Origin: an uncultured Pseudomonadota bacterium
GTDB lineage: Bacteria; Pseudomonadota; Alphaproteobacteria; JACZXZ01
DNA: 64,000 nucleotides
Direction of reading: 5' to 3'
NCBI GenBank assembly: GCA_963749075.1
Contig: CAVVLJ010000017.1
Coordinates: 448,001 to 512,000, forward strand
The position numbers were made by a program, and so were the translations under genes. Within the stretch, counting starts at the first letter, position 1. Each line of letters begins with the position of its first letter. Below are positions 50,432-61,314 of this stretch, piece by piece. Under the pieces are notes generated by a model. The model was not told the DNA's origin, did not search any database, and saw nothing but the letters and a program-made list of their open reading frames with translations.

Positions 50432-50875
50432 TCACACCACCGGGGGCGGCGGCAGGGGGAAGCGCGCCGCGATGCGGCGGGCGAGCTCGTCGCGCACCGC
50501 GCGGTAGGCGTCGAGCCGTGCCATCCGGCTGCCCTCGAGAATGCTGGGGTCGAGCGTCGGCCAGTACTCGACCTCGCAGGCCATGGTGCGGGTGAGCTCG
50601 ACGGCATAATGCTGCGCCTCGGGCGACAGGCTGACGATGAGGTCGAAGGAGCTGTCCGCGAGCTCCTCGAAAGTCGTCGGGCTGTGGCCCTTGATGGGAA
50701 TGGCGATCTCCTCCATCACCTCGGCTGCGAAGGGATCGAGCTCGCCCGCGCGCACGCCGACCGAGGCGACGAAGATGCGCCCGAGATGGAGATGCTTGAG
50801 GATCGCCTCGGCCATGGGCGAGCGGATCGCGTTGCTTGTGCAGGCGAAAAGCACGCTCGAGGGAAGCCCGCCCAC
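50432..50875 (-). CDS. Low-molecular-weight phosphatase / ArsC-like protein
   Basis: VLFACTSNAIRSPMAE P-loop; DP motif. Confidence 0.88.
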   Translation of the reverse strand: MGGLPSSVLFACTSNAIRSPMAEAILKHLHLGRIFVASVGVRAGELDPFAAEVMEEIAIPIKGHSPTTFEELADSSFDLIVSLSPEAQHYAVELTRTMACEVEYWPTLDPSILEGSRMARLDAYRAVRDELARRIAARFPLPPPPVV

Positions 50876-50878
50876 CGC

Positions 50879-51373
50879 CTAGCCCCGGATGTGCAGGACG
50901 CAAAGAAGGGTGAAGAGCCGACGGGCGGTATTGAAGTCGAGCTCGACCTTGCCGGCGAGGCGCTCCCGCAAGAGCTCGGAGGCCTCGTCGTGCAGGCCGC
51001 GCCGGCCCATGTCGATCGCCTCGATCTGCGTGGGGCTGGCGCTGCGGATCGCGGCGTAATAGCTCTCGCAGACGGTGAAATAGTCCTTGATGATCTTGCG
51101 GAAGGGCGAGGTCGGCAGATTGACCGTGGCAAGCAGCGCTTCGCCCTCGTCGTGGATCGCCATCACGAGCCGGCTCTCGGCGATCGAGAGGCGCAGCACG
51201 AAGGGGCCGCTAAAATCGCCGACCGGCGCGAAGCGGTTCTCCTCGATGAGGTCGAAGACGGCGACGGCGCGCTCGTGCTCGACGTCGGGGCTCCAGCGCA
51301 CGATGCTGCGCTCGTCGAGATGGATCCGGCTGATCCGCGAGCGGCTCTTCTCGGCACCCTCGTCCGCCGCCAT
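50879..51373 (-). CDS. UPF0262 family protein
   Basis: [11 protein letters not shown]...[12 protein letters not shown]...ARRLFTL; conserved position after hisD. Confidence 0.9.
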   Translation of the reverse strand: MAADEGAEKSRSRISRIHLDERSIVRWSPDVEHERAVAVFDLIEENRFAPVGDFSGPFVLRLSIAESRLVMAIHDEGEALLATVNLPTSPFRKIIKDYFTVCESYYAAIRSASPTQIEAIDMGRRGLHDEASELLRERLAGKVELDFNTARRLFTLLCVLHIRG

Positions 51374-51383
51374 GGCCGCTCCC

Positions 51384-52691
51384 TCAGGCGGTGCCGCGGC
51401 GTCCGGCGAGGCGCAGGCGGACCGAGAGCGCGTGGGCGGCGAGACCCTCGGCCTCGGCAAGCGCTATCGCCGCCGGGCCGAGTGCCGCCAGCGCCTTCGC
51501 GTCGCAGCCGAGGAGCGAGGTGCGCTTCATGAAGTCGAGCACGCCCAGGCCCGAGGCGAAGCGGGCACTCCGCGCGGTCGGCAGCACGTGGTTCGGCCCG
51601 CCCACGTAATCGCCCACCGCCTCGGGCGTGTAGCGCCCGAGGAAGATGGCGCCGACGTTGCGCACCTTCTCGATGAGCGCACCGGGCCGCGCCACGGCGA
51701 GCTCCATATGCTCGGGCGCCAGGCGAGAGGCGAGCTCGGCCGCCTCGGCGAGCGTGCGCGCGACGATGACGGCGCCGTGCTTCCGCCAGCTCGCGCGCGC
51801 GATGCGGGCGCGCGGCAGCACCCGGAGATGCGCCTCGGCCGCCCGCACTACGCGCTCGGCGAAGCGCCCGTCGTCGGTGATGAGGATCGCCTGCGCGGAC
51901 TCGTCATGCTCGGCCTGGGAGAGAAGGTCCGCCGCGATCCACGAGGGATCGTTGCCGCCCTCGGCGATGACGAGGATCTCGGACGGGCCGGCGATCATGT
52001 CGATGCCGACCACGCCGAAGACCTGGCGCTTGGCCGCGGCGACGTAGGCGTTGCCTGGACCTACGATCTTGTCGACGGCGGCGATGGTGCGCGTGCCGTA
52101 GGCGAGGGCCGCGATCGCCTGGGCGCCGCCGATGCGGTAGACCTCTCCGATCCCCATCATGCGCGCCGCCGCGAGCACCAGCGGATTGATGACCCCTTGC
52201 GGCGCCGGCACCGCCATCGCGATGCGCTCCACACCGGCGATCCGCGCCGGAATCGCGTTCATGAGGACCGAGCTCGGATAGGCGGCAGTCCCCCCCGGCA
52301 CATAGAGCCCGACCGCCTCGACCGCCCGCCAGCGCGCGCCGAGCCGCACTCCCTGCCGGTCGCGGTAGTCGAAATCCTTGGGCCGCTGGCGCCGGTGATA
52401 GGCCTCGATGCGGCCCTTAGCTAAGCCGAGCGCCGCGAGCGCTTGCCGGTCGGCGCTGCGCTCGGCCTCCGCCATCTCGTCCTCGCCCACGCGCAGACGC
52501 GCGGGCGTGAGGCGGACGCCGTCGAAGCGCTCCGTGTAGTCGATGACGGCGCGGTCGCCGCGTTTGCGCACGTCGGCGAGGATGGCCGCCACCGCCCCAT
52601 CCACGTCCCCCGCGCGCTCGCGCTTCATCGCGAGGAGCCTGGCGAAGGCCCGCGCGAAACCCGCATCGGCCGTCTTGAGCCTAAGCGGCAC
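51384..52691 (-). CDS. hisD: Histidinol dehydrogenase
   Basis: [44 protein letters not shown]. Confidence 0.97.
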   Translation of the reverse strand: MPLRLKTADAGFARAFARLLAMKRERAGDVDGAVAAILADVRKRGDRAVIDYTERFDGVRLTPARLRVGEDEMAEAERSADRQALAALGLAKGRIEAYHRRQRPKDFDYRDRQGVRLGARWRAVEAVGLYVPGGTAAYPSSVLMNAIPARIAGVERIAMAVPAPQGVINPLVLAAARMMGIGEVYRIGGAQAIAALAYGTRTIAAVDKIVGPGNAYVAAAKRQVFGVVGIDMIAGPSEILVIAEGGNDPSWIAADLLSQAEHDESAQAILITDDGRFAERVVRAAEAHLRVLPRARIARASWRKHGAVIVARTLAEAAELASRLAPEHMELAVARPGALIEKVRNVGAIFLGRYTPEAVGDYVGGPNHVLPTARSARFASGLGVLDFMKRTSLLGCDAKALAALGPAAIALAEAEGLAAHALSVRLRLAGRRGTA

Positions 52692-53385
52692 GGCAGAGCT
52701 CCTCGGCGGCACGGCGGAAGCGCTCGATCCAGGCGCCGACCTCCTCCGGCCGCGTCTTGAGCGCAGCACGGTTGACGATGAGGCGCGAGGTGATGTCGGC
52801 AATGCGCTCGACCTCGACGAGGCCGTTCGCCTTGAGCGTCTGGCCGGTCGAGACGAGATCGACGATGCGCCGGCAGAGGCCGAGGCCCGGGGCGAGCTCC
52901 ATGGCACCCGAGAGCTTGATGCATTCGGCCTGCACGCCCCGCGCCGCGAAATGGCGGCGGGTGATCTCGGGATATTTGGTGGCGACGCGCACGTGGCTCC
53001 AGCGCCGCGGGTCGTCGCGCTTGACGAGCTCGGCCGGCTCGGCGACGGCGAGATGGCACTTGCCGATGCCGAGATCGAGGGGAGCGTAGATCTCGGGGTA
53101 GTCGAACTCCATGAGCACGTCCTTGCCGCAGACGCCGAGCTCGGCCGCGTTGAAGGCGACGAAGGTCGCCACGTCGAAGCTGCGCACGCGGATGATGGCG
53201 AAGTGCCGCTCGTTGGTCGCGAAGCGGAGCTGGCGGGCCTCGGGATCGGCGAAGGCGGCCTCGGGCACGATGCCGGCGCGCGCGAAGAGCGGCGCCAGCT
53301 CGGCCGAGATGCGCCCCTTGGGTACCGCGAGCACGATGTCGTCGCCGGCCACGCCGAGAACTCCCTTGCCGCGTTTCGCGGCCAT
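52681..53385 (-). CDS. hisG: ATP phosphoribosyltransferase, short form
   Basis: [29 protein letters not shown]; no C-terminal regulatory domain. Confidence 0.95.
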   Translation of the reverse strand: MAAKRGKGVLGVAGDDIVLAVPKGRISAELAPLFARAGIVPEAAFADPEARQLRFATNERHFAIIRVRSFDVATFVAFNAAELGVCGKDVLMEFDYPEIYAPLDLGIGKCHLAVAEPAELVKRDDPRRWSHVRVATKYPEITRRHFAARGVQAECIKLSGAMELAPGLGLCRRIVDLVSTGQTLKANGLVEVERIADITSRLIVNRAALKTRPEEVGAWIERFRRAAEELCRAA

Positions 53386-53445
53386 TGCATACAGATATTG
53401 CCGCCCGAGGTCAAAAGCAGCGCTGTAGGACAGCGGCGGAGCCCC

Positions 53446-53898
53446 TTACGTCTCGAGCCGGTGCTGCGGCCGCCACTGCGTCCGCCAGGCCTCGCCGAAA
53501 TCCTCGAGCCGGCAGCGGATGGCCTCGGCATCGAGCCGGATGGTGCCGCCGCCCGCAAAGAGCAGGAGGATGGCGGCCCGGCCCGCCGCCGCCGCGTCCG
53601 TCACCACGGCGAGGAGCTCGAGGAGCCGCTCGCGCTTGGCCTGCTCGATGCCCTGCAGCGTCACCCCGTCGACGCCCTCGAAGGTGACGGCGGAGGCGAT
53701 GCGCTCGAAGACGGCCGCGCCGCCGGCCGGCTGCGGCGCGCAGCCCTCCCAGCGGAAGCGGTTGACCGCGATGACGAAGCGCCGCGCCGCGCGCTCGTAG
53801 CGCATGTCGGCGAGGGGGACCAGGGAGTCCTGCAGGCAGCTCGAGATGACCGCGAGATCTTCGGCGTCCTCGGCCCTGAGGTGCAATGCTGCGGCCAT
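53446..53898 (-). CDS. DUF2948 family protein
   Basis: LRAEDAEDLAVISSCLQD...NRFRWE...FAGGG; position after murA. Confidence 0.88.
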   Translation of the reverse strand: MAAALHLRAEDAEDLAVISSCLQDSLVPLADMRYERAARRFVIAVNRFRWEGCAPQPAGGAAVFERIASAVTFEGVDGVTLQGIEQAKRERLLELLAVVTDAAAAGRAAILLLFAGGGTIRLDAEAIRCRLEDFGEAWRTQWRPQHRLET

Positions 53899-53917
53899 GC
53901 CCCTCGCCCGCCCCCGC

Positions 53918-55204
53918 TTACTCCTTGAGGCGCTCGATCTCCGCCCCGCAGTCGGTCAGCTTCTCCTCCAGGCGCTCGTAGCCGCGATCGAGGTGGTAGA
54001 CGCGGTTCAGCACCGTCTCGCCCTCCGCGGCGAGGCCGGCGAGCACGAGCGAGACGGAGGCGCGCAGGTCGGTCGCCATCACCGGAGCGCCCGAGAGCCG
54101 CGCCACCCCGCGCACGATGGCGGAGGTACCCTGGAGGTTGATGTTCGCCCCCATGCGCATGAGCTCGGGCGCGTGCATGAAGCGGTTCTCGAAAATGGTC
54201 TCGGTGATCATGGAGGCGCCCTCGGCCACGGTCATGAGGGCCATGAACTGCGCCTGCAGGTCGGTGGGGAAGCCGGGAAAGGGCTCGGTCATCATGTCGA
54301 CGCCCTTGAGGGCGCCATTGGCCCGGCTCACCTTGACGCCCTGGTTGGTCTCGACGAGCGCCACGCCGGCGGCGCCGAGGGTCTCCGCCACGGCGCCGAT
54401 CGCCGCGAGACGCGCGCCCAGGAGCTCGACCTCGCCGTCGGTGATCGCCGCGGCGATGGCATAGGTGCCGGCCTCGATGCGGTCCGGGATGATCTCGTGG
54501 TGGGCGCCGTGGAGGCGCTCCTTGCCCTGGATGCGCAGCGTCTCGCTGCCGATCCCCTCGATCTCGGCGCCCATGGCAACGAGGCAGCGCGCGAGATCCG
54601 CGACCTCGGGCTCGCGCGCCGCGTTCTCGATCACGCTCTCGCCGCGCGCCAGCACGGCGGCCATCAGCACGTTCTCGGTGGCGCCGACCGAGATCATGGG
54701 AAAGGTGATGCGCGCGCCCCGGAGGCCGTCCGGCGCCCGGGCATGGATGTAGCCGCCGGCGAGCTCGATCTCGGCGCCGAGCTGGGAGAGCCCCTTGAGA
54801 TGCAGGTCCACCGGCCGCGTGCCAATGGCGCAGCCGCCCGGCAGCGAGACCTTGGCCTCGCCCATGCGCGCCACGAGCGGACCCAGGACCAGGACCGAGG
54901 CGCGCATCTTGCGCACCAGGTCGTAGGGTGCCGTCGTATTGGCGATACGGCCGGCCGAGAGCGAGAGCGCGCGGCCCGCATGGCCGCCGTTCGGCGCATG
55001 GCCGTTCATCTCGATCTCGACGCCGAGCTGGCCCAAGAGGCTCGCCATGGTCGTGATGTCGACGAGGTGAGGCAAGTTGGCGAGCGTCAGCGTGTCGTCG
55101 CTCAAGAGGCTCGCGGCGAGAAGCGGCAGGGCCGCATTCTTGGCGCCGCCGACGCGAATGGTTCCCCTGATCTTGCTGCCGCCGCGGACGCGGATCTTGT
55201 CCAT
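53918..55204 (-). CDS. murA: UDP-N-acetylglucosamine 1-carboxyvinyltransferase
   Basis: [38 protein letters not shown]. Confidence 0.98.
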   Translation of the reverse strand: MDKIRVRGGSKIRGTIRVGGAKNAALPLLAASLLSDDTLTLANLPHLVDITTMASLLGQLGVEIEMNGHAPNGGHAGRALSLSAGRIANTTAPYDLVRKMRASVLVLGPLVARMGEAKVSLPGGCAIGTRPVDLHLKGLSQLGAEIELAGGYIHARAPDGLRGARITFPMISVGATENVLMAAVLARGESVIENAAREPEVADLARCLVAMGAEIEGIGSETLRIQGKERLHGAHHEIIPDRIEAGTYAIAAAITDGEVELLGARLAAIGAVAETLGAAGVALVETNQGVKVSRANGALKGVDMMTEPFPGFPTDLQAQFMALMTVAEGASMITETIFENRFMHAPELMRMGANINLQGTSAIVRGVARLSGAPVMATDLRASVSLVLAGLAAEGETVLNRVYHLDRGYERLEEKLTDCGAEIERLKE

Positions 55205-55359
55205 TCAATTCCCCGTGGACGGGCGCTTGGCGCCCTGCCATCTTCGCTCGCGGCGGGCTTCGCCCAAAGGCCGCTCGCTGCCCTTATAGCTGGCGCGCGG
55301 GCGAGAACGCTAGTGGCGACTTCCGCGCGCGCTGCCGGCTCTTTCAAGATGGAGGGGAC

Positions 55360-55770
55360 ATGTTGAAGGAATTCAGGGACTTCGCGATGCGCGGCAACGT
55401 GGTCGACCTGGCGATCGGCGTCATCATCGGCGCCGCCTTCGGCAAGATCGTGAGCTCGCTGGTGACCGACGTGATCATGCCTCCCATCGGCCTCATCCTC
55501 GGCAATCTCGACTTCTCGAGCCTCTTCATCGACCTCTCGGGCAAGGGCTACGCCACGCTCGCCGCGGCCAAGGCGGCGGGCGCGCCGACGCTCAGCTACG
55601 GTCTCTTCATCAACAGCGTGATCGACTTCCTCATCGTCGCCTTCGCGATCTTCATCGTGGTGCGCCAGATCAACCGCCTCGTCGCCAAGCCCGAAGCAGC
55701 GGAAGCGCCGCCGAGCAAGAGCGAGCTTCTCCTCTCCGACATCCGCGACATCCTGAAGCAGCGGCCTTAG
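55360..55770 (+). CDS. mscL: Large-conductance mechanosensitive channel
   Basis: [28 protein letters not shown]...LLSDIRDIL. Confidence 0.97.
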   Translation: MLKEFRDFAMRGNVVDLAIGVIIGAAFGKIVSSLVTDVIMPPIGLILGNLDFSSLFIDLSGKGYATLAAAKAAGAPTLSYGLFINSVIDFLIVAFAIFIVVRQINRLVAKPEAAEAPPSKSELLLSDIRDILKQRP

Positions 55771-56132
55771 CGGCCCGCCTGCGCTGCGGGGCGGCGGGCT
55801 GCACCTCCCGTGCCGCGCCAGGCACCCGTCCCGGCCGCCGTGCAAAACCAAATCCGCAATAGGCCTCAATAGCTTCGCATGTATTGCGGGAGCCGCCGCA
55901 AGCCGCGGCCAGGGCGACGGCAGGGCCTCGCGCGGCGCGCCGGAACGGCCTCCGGGGGAGCCGCAGCACAGCACCGAAGCTCCCCGACGGCACGGCCGCG
56001 GGCCGCGCTCCTCCTTGATTTTGCCTTTGAAAATGCCATGGATCATTGTATCTTGCCTGCGGTCACTCGCGCGCTAACGGGCTCGCCTGCACGTCAAGAC
56101 AAGGAAATCAAGGGGATCATAGGGCAGGGCGA

Positions 56133-57185
56133 ATGAGAACCACACTGCTGCGACTCTGCGCGCTGGCGATCGCTCTGGTCGGGCTCGCCGCATTGCCCGA
56201 CCCGGCCGCGGCCCAACATCCGGCCAACGGCTTCTATGTGAGCGGCGAGGCGGGCGCCACCTTCCAGTCGACCCAGGATATCTGGGGCAACGGCGTGAGC
56301 GCCCACATGGAGCCGGATGTCGGCCTCGCCATCCTGGGTGCCGGCGGCTACCGCTTCTGGGACGACTTCCGGATCGAGGAAGAGCCCAGCTGGCGCCGGG
56401 CCACCATCTCGAAGATCAACGGCGGGCCGGCTTCGGGCAGCATGTCCGCCTTCGCCATGATGACCAACCTGGTCTACGACATCCCGCTCGGCCTCGGCCC
56501 CATCGTGCCGTTCGTCGGCGGCGGCGTCGGCTTCGCCTATACCGCTTTCAGCGGCATCACCCCGGTCGGCGGCTCGACGGTGAACGACAACGATACCGTC
56601 TTCGTGATGCAGGGCATCGCCGGCGTCTCCTACAACCTCTCCGATCAATTGGCGCTGGTCGCCGCCTACCGCTTCTTCTCGCCGGACGGCTCGAACATCG
56701 AGACCGGGCTCGGCACCAAGGTGCACGGCGCGGACCAGTCGCACACGGTGACGGTTGGCCTGCGCTGGAGCTTCGGCGAGGCCGAGCAGCCCAAGCCGCA
56801 GCCGGCCGCAGCCCCGGCACCGGCCCCTGCCCCGCCGCCGCCGGCACCGGCGCCCGCGGTGCGCTCCTTCGTCGTGTTCTTCGGCTTCGACAGCGCGATG
56901 CTCGACGAGAGCGCCAAGAAGGTGGTGACCGAGGCCTCGGCCTATGCGCGGGACAATCAGCTGACGCACATCGAGGTGGTCGGGCACACCGACCGCTCCG
57001 GCCCCGAGAAGTACAACGAGCGGCTCTCGCTCCGCCGCGCCAATGCGGTCAAGGCCGAGATGATCCGGCTCGGCATCGCCGCCGACCAGATCGCGGTGCA
57101 AGCCAAGGGCATGAGCGACCCGGCGGTGCCGACCCCGCTCGGCGTGCGCGAACCGCGCAACCGCCGCGCGGAGATCACGTTCTAG
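56133..57185 (+). CDS. OmpA-family outer membrane protein
   Basis: Signal peptide, beta-barrel ending GLRWSF, Pro/Ala linker, GHTDRSG...LSLRRA...NRRAEI peptidoglycan-binding domain. Confidence 0.92.
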   Translation: MRTTLLRLCALAIALVGLAALPDPAAAQHPANGFYVSGEAGATFQSTQDIWGNGVSAHMEPDVGLAILGAGGYRFWDDFRIEEEPSWRRATISKINGGPASGSMSAFAMMTNLVYDIPLGLGPIVPFVGGGVGFAYTAFSGITPVGGSTVNDNDTVFVMQGIAGVSYNLSDQLALVAAYRFFSPDGSNIETGLGTKVHGADQSHTVTVGLRWSFGEAEQPKPQPAAAPAPAPAPPPPAPAPAVRSFVVFFGFDSAMLDESAKKVVTEASAYARDNQLTHIEVVGHTDRSGPEKYNERLSLRRANAVKAEMIRLGIAADQIAVQAKGMSDPAVPTPLGVREPRNRRAEITF

Positions 57186-57278
57186 CCCTCGCAGTCGTCG
57201 ACCCACGGGCAATCCCTTCCCCGCCCCAAAGGGGGCTATGGGATTCGTACATCCTGAGGAGACTTGGAGCGCCGTCAC

Positions 57279-57446
57279 GGGTCCTTCGAGACGCGGCCCC
57301 GGCGCGCCGGCGCGCCTCTCTTGCATGATGCAAGAGAGCCGGCCTTCGGCCCGCGGAGCGCTCCTCAGGTTGAGGCAAAATTGTGTGTGGCGGAATGATT
57401 TAGCCTCGTCCTGAGGAGCGAGCGCTGCGAGCGTCTCGAAGGACCC
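57279..57446. repeat. Inverted pair of REP/RIME-like palindromic repeats
   Basis: GGGTCCTTCGAGACGC...GCTCCTCAGGTTGAGG faces CCTCGTCCTGAGGAGC...GCGTCTCGAAGGACCC between convergent genes; a partial CATCCTGAGGAG lies at about 57250. Confidence 0.7.
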
Positions 57447-57477
57447 ACCGCAACCGGGCCGAGGCCCCTCAGCGATG

Positions 57478-57702
57478 TCACCGGCGCGGCTTAGCGGCGT
57501 CGTTTCCCGTGTCGCTCGGCTCCGCTTCGGATGCCTCGCCGCCACGCACATCCCGGCGCGCGAGATCGGCCTTGCGCCGAACGAGGTTGGCGCGCAATGC
57601 CGCCGCGAGATCGGCCTCGCGCGCGCGGCGGGCCGGCGCCTTGGCCGGTGCCAACCGCGGGCGGCGCACCGCCGCCTCTTTGGCGCTCTTCTCCTCGGCC
57701 AT
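57478..57702 (-). CDS. Small basic hypothetical protein
   Basis: LAAALRANLVRRK core; ATG overlaps the upstream stop (TGATG). Confidence 0.6.
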   Translation of the reverse strand: MAEEKSAKEAAVRRPRLAPAKAPARRAREADLAAALRANLVRRKADLARRDVRGGEASEAEPSDTGNDAAKPRR

Positions 57703-60116
57703 CAGCTTCGCATGCTCCGGCCTTGCGGGTCGAAGAGCGGCTCCCGAGCGAGCTCGGCCGGCCGCCGCTCGCCCAGGATCTCGATCTCGAAGCTGCCGTC
57801 CGCCTCGGCGAGTGCTGCCGGAACGTAGCCGAGCGCCAGCGACTTGGCGACGTGGTGCGCATAGCCGCCGGAGGTGATCCAGCCGACCACCTTGCCCGCG
57901 TGCCACACCGGCTCGTCGCCCATCGCATCGGCGCCGTTGTCCTCGACGGTGAAGGCGACGAGGCGGCGCTTGGGGCCTTCCTCCTTCTCGCGCAATGCGG
58001 CGTCCCGCCCGATGAAGTCGTTCTTGCGCAAGTCGACGAAGCGGCCGAGCCCGGCCTCGAAGGGGCCGTAGATCGGGCGGAACTCCCGCGCCCAGCTGCC
58101 GAAGCTCTTCTCGAGGCGGAGCGCGTTCAAGGCCCGCGCGCCGAAGTGGCGCAGGCCCAGCTCACGGCCGGCCTCGACGATGCGCTCGTAGAGCGCGCGC
58201 TGATAATCCGTGGCGACCCAGATCTCGTAGCCGAGATCGCCCGTGAAGGTGATGCGGCCGACCTTGGCCGGGATCATGCCGATGTCGATCTCGCGGAAGG
58301 CGAGGAAGGGGAAGGCCGCGTTCGAGACGTTGGCGTCGGTGAGGCGTGCGAGGAGCGCCCGCGATTGCGGTCCGGCGAGCGAGAGGCCGACGAGCTCGGC
58401 TGAGAGCGGGCGGAGGGCGACGCCCTTCTCAGGGAGATGTGCCGCGAACCAGCGCATGTGGTAGGCCTCGGCAATGCCCGAGCCGAACACGAGGAAGCGC
58501 TCCGCTCCGAGCTTGGCGACCGTGAAGTCGCCGATCAGCTTGCCGTTCGCGTTGAGCATGGGTGCCAGATGGATGCGGCCCTCGCCCGGCATGCGATTGA
58601 CGAGGAGACGGGAGAGCCAGGCTTCGGCGCCCGGCCCGCTCGCCTCGTAGCGGGCGTAGGTCGAGATCTCCATGAGCCCGACCCCGCCGCGCACGGCACG
58701 GCACTCCTCGCCGACGATGGCATGGGCGGAGGAGCGGCGGAAGGTGACCTCCTCGGCGGCCTCCTTGCCCGCCGGCGCATACCAGAGGGCGTGCTCGAGC
58801 CCGTAGGAGGCGCCGAAGAAGGCGCCGTGCGCCTTGAGCCGGCCGTAGATGGGCGTCGTGCGCAACGGGCGCGCCGCCGGCAGCTCCTCGTTGGGAAAGC
58901 GGATGCGGAAGCGCCGCGAGTAATTCTCGCGCACCTTGGCGTTGGTATAGGCGAGCGTGGCCCAGTCGCCGAAGCGGGAGGCGTCCATCGCCCAGACGTC
59001 GGAGCCCGGGTCGCCCTCGACCATCCAGTTGGCGAGCGTCAGCCCCACCCCGCCGCCCTGGCTGAAGCCGGCCATCACGCCGCACGCGAGCCAGTAGTTG
59101 CGCAAGCCCTTGACCGGCCCCACCACCGGATTGCCGTCGGGCGCAAAGGTGAAGGGCCCGTTGATCACTTTCTTGATGCCGGCGCGCTCGATGGGCGGAA
59201 AATGCCGGAAGCCGACCTCGAGGCTGGGGGCGATGCGGTCGAGGTCCGGCGGCAAGAGCTCGTGGCTGAAGTTCCACGGCGTCGTGCGCTCGGACCACGG
59301 TACGCAGGCGCGCTCATAGGTGCCCATCAGCATGCCGTCGCCTTCCTGGCGCATGTAGATCTCGCCCTCGAAGTCGATGGCGTGGAGCATCTCGTGCGCC
59401 GAGGCCTTGACCTCGGGAATGGCCTCGGTGATGAGGTACTGGTGCTCCATGGCGAGGACGGGAAGCTCGAGGCCGACCATGCGGCCGACCTCGCGCGCCC
59501 ACAGGCCGCCCGCGTTCACCACGTGCTCGGCGTGGACGGTGCCCTTGTCGGTGACGACCTTCCAGCCGCCGTCCTTGTGCTGCTCGAGCGCCTCGACGCG
59601 GGTGAAGCGGTAGACCTCGGCACCCTGAACGCGCGCCGCCTTGGCATAGGCGTGGGTCACGCCCGAGGGATCGACGTGGCCCTCGATGGGGTCGTAGAGG
59701 GCGCCCACGAAATACTTCTTCTCCATGAGCGGGAAGAGGCGCTCGGCCTCGCCCAAGGAGACGAACTCGGTCTTCATGCCGAGATAGCGTCCGCGCGCCT
59801 GGACCTGCTTCAGCCAGTCGAGCCGCTCGGGGCTGCCCGCCAGCATGATGCCGCCGGTGATGTGCACGCCGCAGGACTGCCCGGAGATCGCCTCGATCTC
59901 CTTATAGAGGTTGATGGTGTATTGCTGGAGCTTGGCCACGTTGGGGTCGAGGTTGATCGTGTGCATGCCGCCGGCGGCGTGCCACGTCGAGCCCGAGGTG
60001 AGCTCGTCGCGCTCGAAGAGGGCCACGTCCTTCCAGCCCGCCTTGGTCAGGTGATAAAGCACGCTGCAGCCGACCACCCCGCCGCCGATCACGGCGACCT
60101 GGACATGCGATTTCAT
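57702..60116 (-). CDS. Dimethylglycine/sarcosine dehydrogenase-like FAD + GcvT-domain protein
   Basis: IGGGVVG, ELTSGSTWHAAG, FAPDGNP, FTGDLGYEI, LRLEKSF, ITSGGY. Confidence 0.92.
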   Translation of the reverse strand: MKSHVQVAVIGGGVVGCSVLYHLTKAGWKDVALFERDELTSGSTWHAAGGMHTINLDPNVAKLQQYTINLYKEIEAISGQSCGVHITGGIMLAGSPERLDWLKQVQARGRYLGMKTEFVSLGEAERLFPLMEKKYFVGALYDPIEGHVDPSGVTHAYAKAARVQGAEVYRFTRVEALEQHKDGGWKVVTDKGTVHAEHVVNAGGLWAREVGRMVGLELPVLAMEHQYLITEAIPEVKASAHEMLHAIDFEGEIYMRQEGDGMLMGTYERACVPWSERTTPWNFSHELLPPDLDRIAPSLEVGFRHFPPIERAGIKKVINGPFTFAPDGNPVVGPVKGLRNYWLACGVMAGFSQGGGVGLTLANWMVEGDPGSDVWAMDASRFGDWATLAYTNAKVRENYSRRFRIRFPNEELPAARPLRTTPIYGRLKAHGAFFGASYGLEHALWYAPAGKEAAEEVTFRRSSAHAIVGEECRAVRGGVGLMEISTYARYEASGPGAEAWLSRLLVNRMPGEGRIHLAPMLNANGKLIGDFTVAKLGAERFLVFGSGIAEAYHMRWFAAHLPEKGVALRPLSAELVGLSLAGPQSRALLARLTDANVSNAAFPFLAFREIDIGMIPAKVGRITFTGDLGYEIWVATDYQRALYERIVEAGRELGLRHFGARALNALRLEKSFGSWAREFRPIYGPFEAGLGRFVDLRKNDFIGRDAALREKEEGPKRRLVAFTVEDNGADAMGDEPVWHAGKVVGWITSGGYAHHVAKSLALGYVPAALAEADGSFEIEILGERRPAELAREPLFDPQGRSMRS

Positions 60117-60358
60117 TTGCGCCCCTTCCGGCCTCGGACCCTCGGCCAGTATAGCGGCGGCGGCCCCATGCGGACGATCAGAATTGCTTATTGCGCGGCG
60201 GCCCCGCATTTGACCGGCCACGGCACCGGGGTTATCCTCGTCCAGCCAAACCCGGAAAAAACAGGGACGGCTTCAAGGGCTCGGGAGACGGAGACGCGCG
60301 GCGGAGCATGGCCGCGCCGCCGCTCCCCTGCCCCTCGAGCTCCCCGGCCGAGCGGTGG

Positions 60359-61300
60359 ATGATGGCGCGTTTCCTCCTCAAGCATCTCCTCTTCCTCTGC
60401 TTGACACTCGCCGTCGTCTCCCTTCTCGTCTTCCTCCTGACCGAGCTCACGCCCGGCGACGTGGCGCGCAAGTACCTGGGCGCCTATGCGACCCAGGAGC
60501 AGGTCGACATCCTCAACAAGAAGATGGGGCTCGACCGCCCCGTGCTCGTGCGTTACGTCGAGTTCGTGGGCCGGCTGCTCTCGGGCGATCTCGGCACCTC
60601 CACGCGCTTCCGCGTGCCGGTCAAGGACATCATCTTCGACCGCCTGGCCAACACGGGACTCCTGGCGCTGGTCTCGTTCCTCGTCATCGTGCCGCTCTCG
60701 ATGCTGCTCGGCATCGCCGCCGGCATGCGCGAAGGATCGCTCCTCGACCGCTGCATCCTGCTCGCGAGCGCGCTTCTCGCCTCGATCCCGGAATTCGCCC
60801 TCGGCGTCTTCCTCGCCAGCGTCTTCGTGGTGAGCTTGCGCTGGCTGCCCGGCACGGCGACCCTCGAGCCCGGCGGCCGCTGGCCGATCGCGGAGCAGCT
60901 CATCCTGCCGGTCGCCGTCATCGTGCTCTTCGACATGGGCTACGTCGTCAGCATGGTGCGCGCCTCGATGGTCGAGGTCATGCGCCAGCCCTATATCCGC
61001 ACCGCGGTGCTCAAGGGCTTGAGCTTCCGCGGCGTGGTGCTCGGCCACGCGCTGCGCAACGCCATGATCACGCCGGTGACGGTGATCCTGCTGCAGATCA
61101 ACTACCTCGTCACCGGCGTGGTGGTGGTCGAGAGCGTCTTCGCCTATCCGGGCTTCGGGCGCATGATGCTCGAGGCCTCGCTCTACAAGGACATCGCCCT
61201 CATCGAGTCGGGCGCCCTCGTCGCCGTATTCGTCGCGGTGATGACGCAGATCCTGGGCGACCTCGCCTACATGCTGCTAGACCCCCGCATCCGCGGCTGA
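60359..61300 (+). CDS. ABC transporter permease (DppB-like)
   Basis: PGDVA...GLDRP...GDLGTS; YIRTAVLKGL EAA loop; LDPRIR. Confidence 0.92.
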   Translation: MMARFLLKHLLFLCLTLAVVSLLVFLLTELTPGDVARKYLGAYATQEQVDILNKKMGLDRPVLVRYVEFVGRLLSGDLGTSTRFRVPVKDIIFDRLANTGLLALVSFLVIVPLSMLLGIAAGMREGSLLDRCILLASALLASIPEFALGVFLASVFVVSLRWLPGTATLEPGGRWPIAEQLILPVAVIVLFDMGYVVSMVRASMVEVMRQPYIRTAVLKGLSFRGVVLGHALRNAMITPVTVILLQINYLVTGVVVVESVFAYPGFGRMMLEASLYKDIALIESGALVAVFVAVMTQILGDLAYMLLDPRIRG

Positions 61301-61314
61301 GCGAGGACGGCGCC

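Noticed and set aside
50432-50875. Arsenic resistance gene
   Set aside because: No ars operon nearby; it sits in the conserved hisD-UPF0262-infA block.
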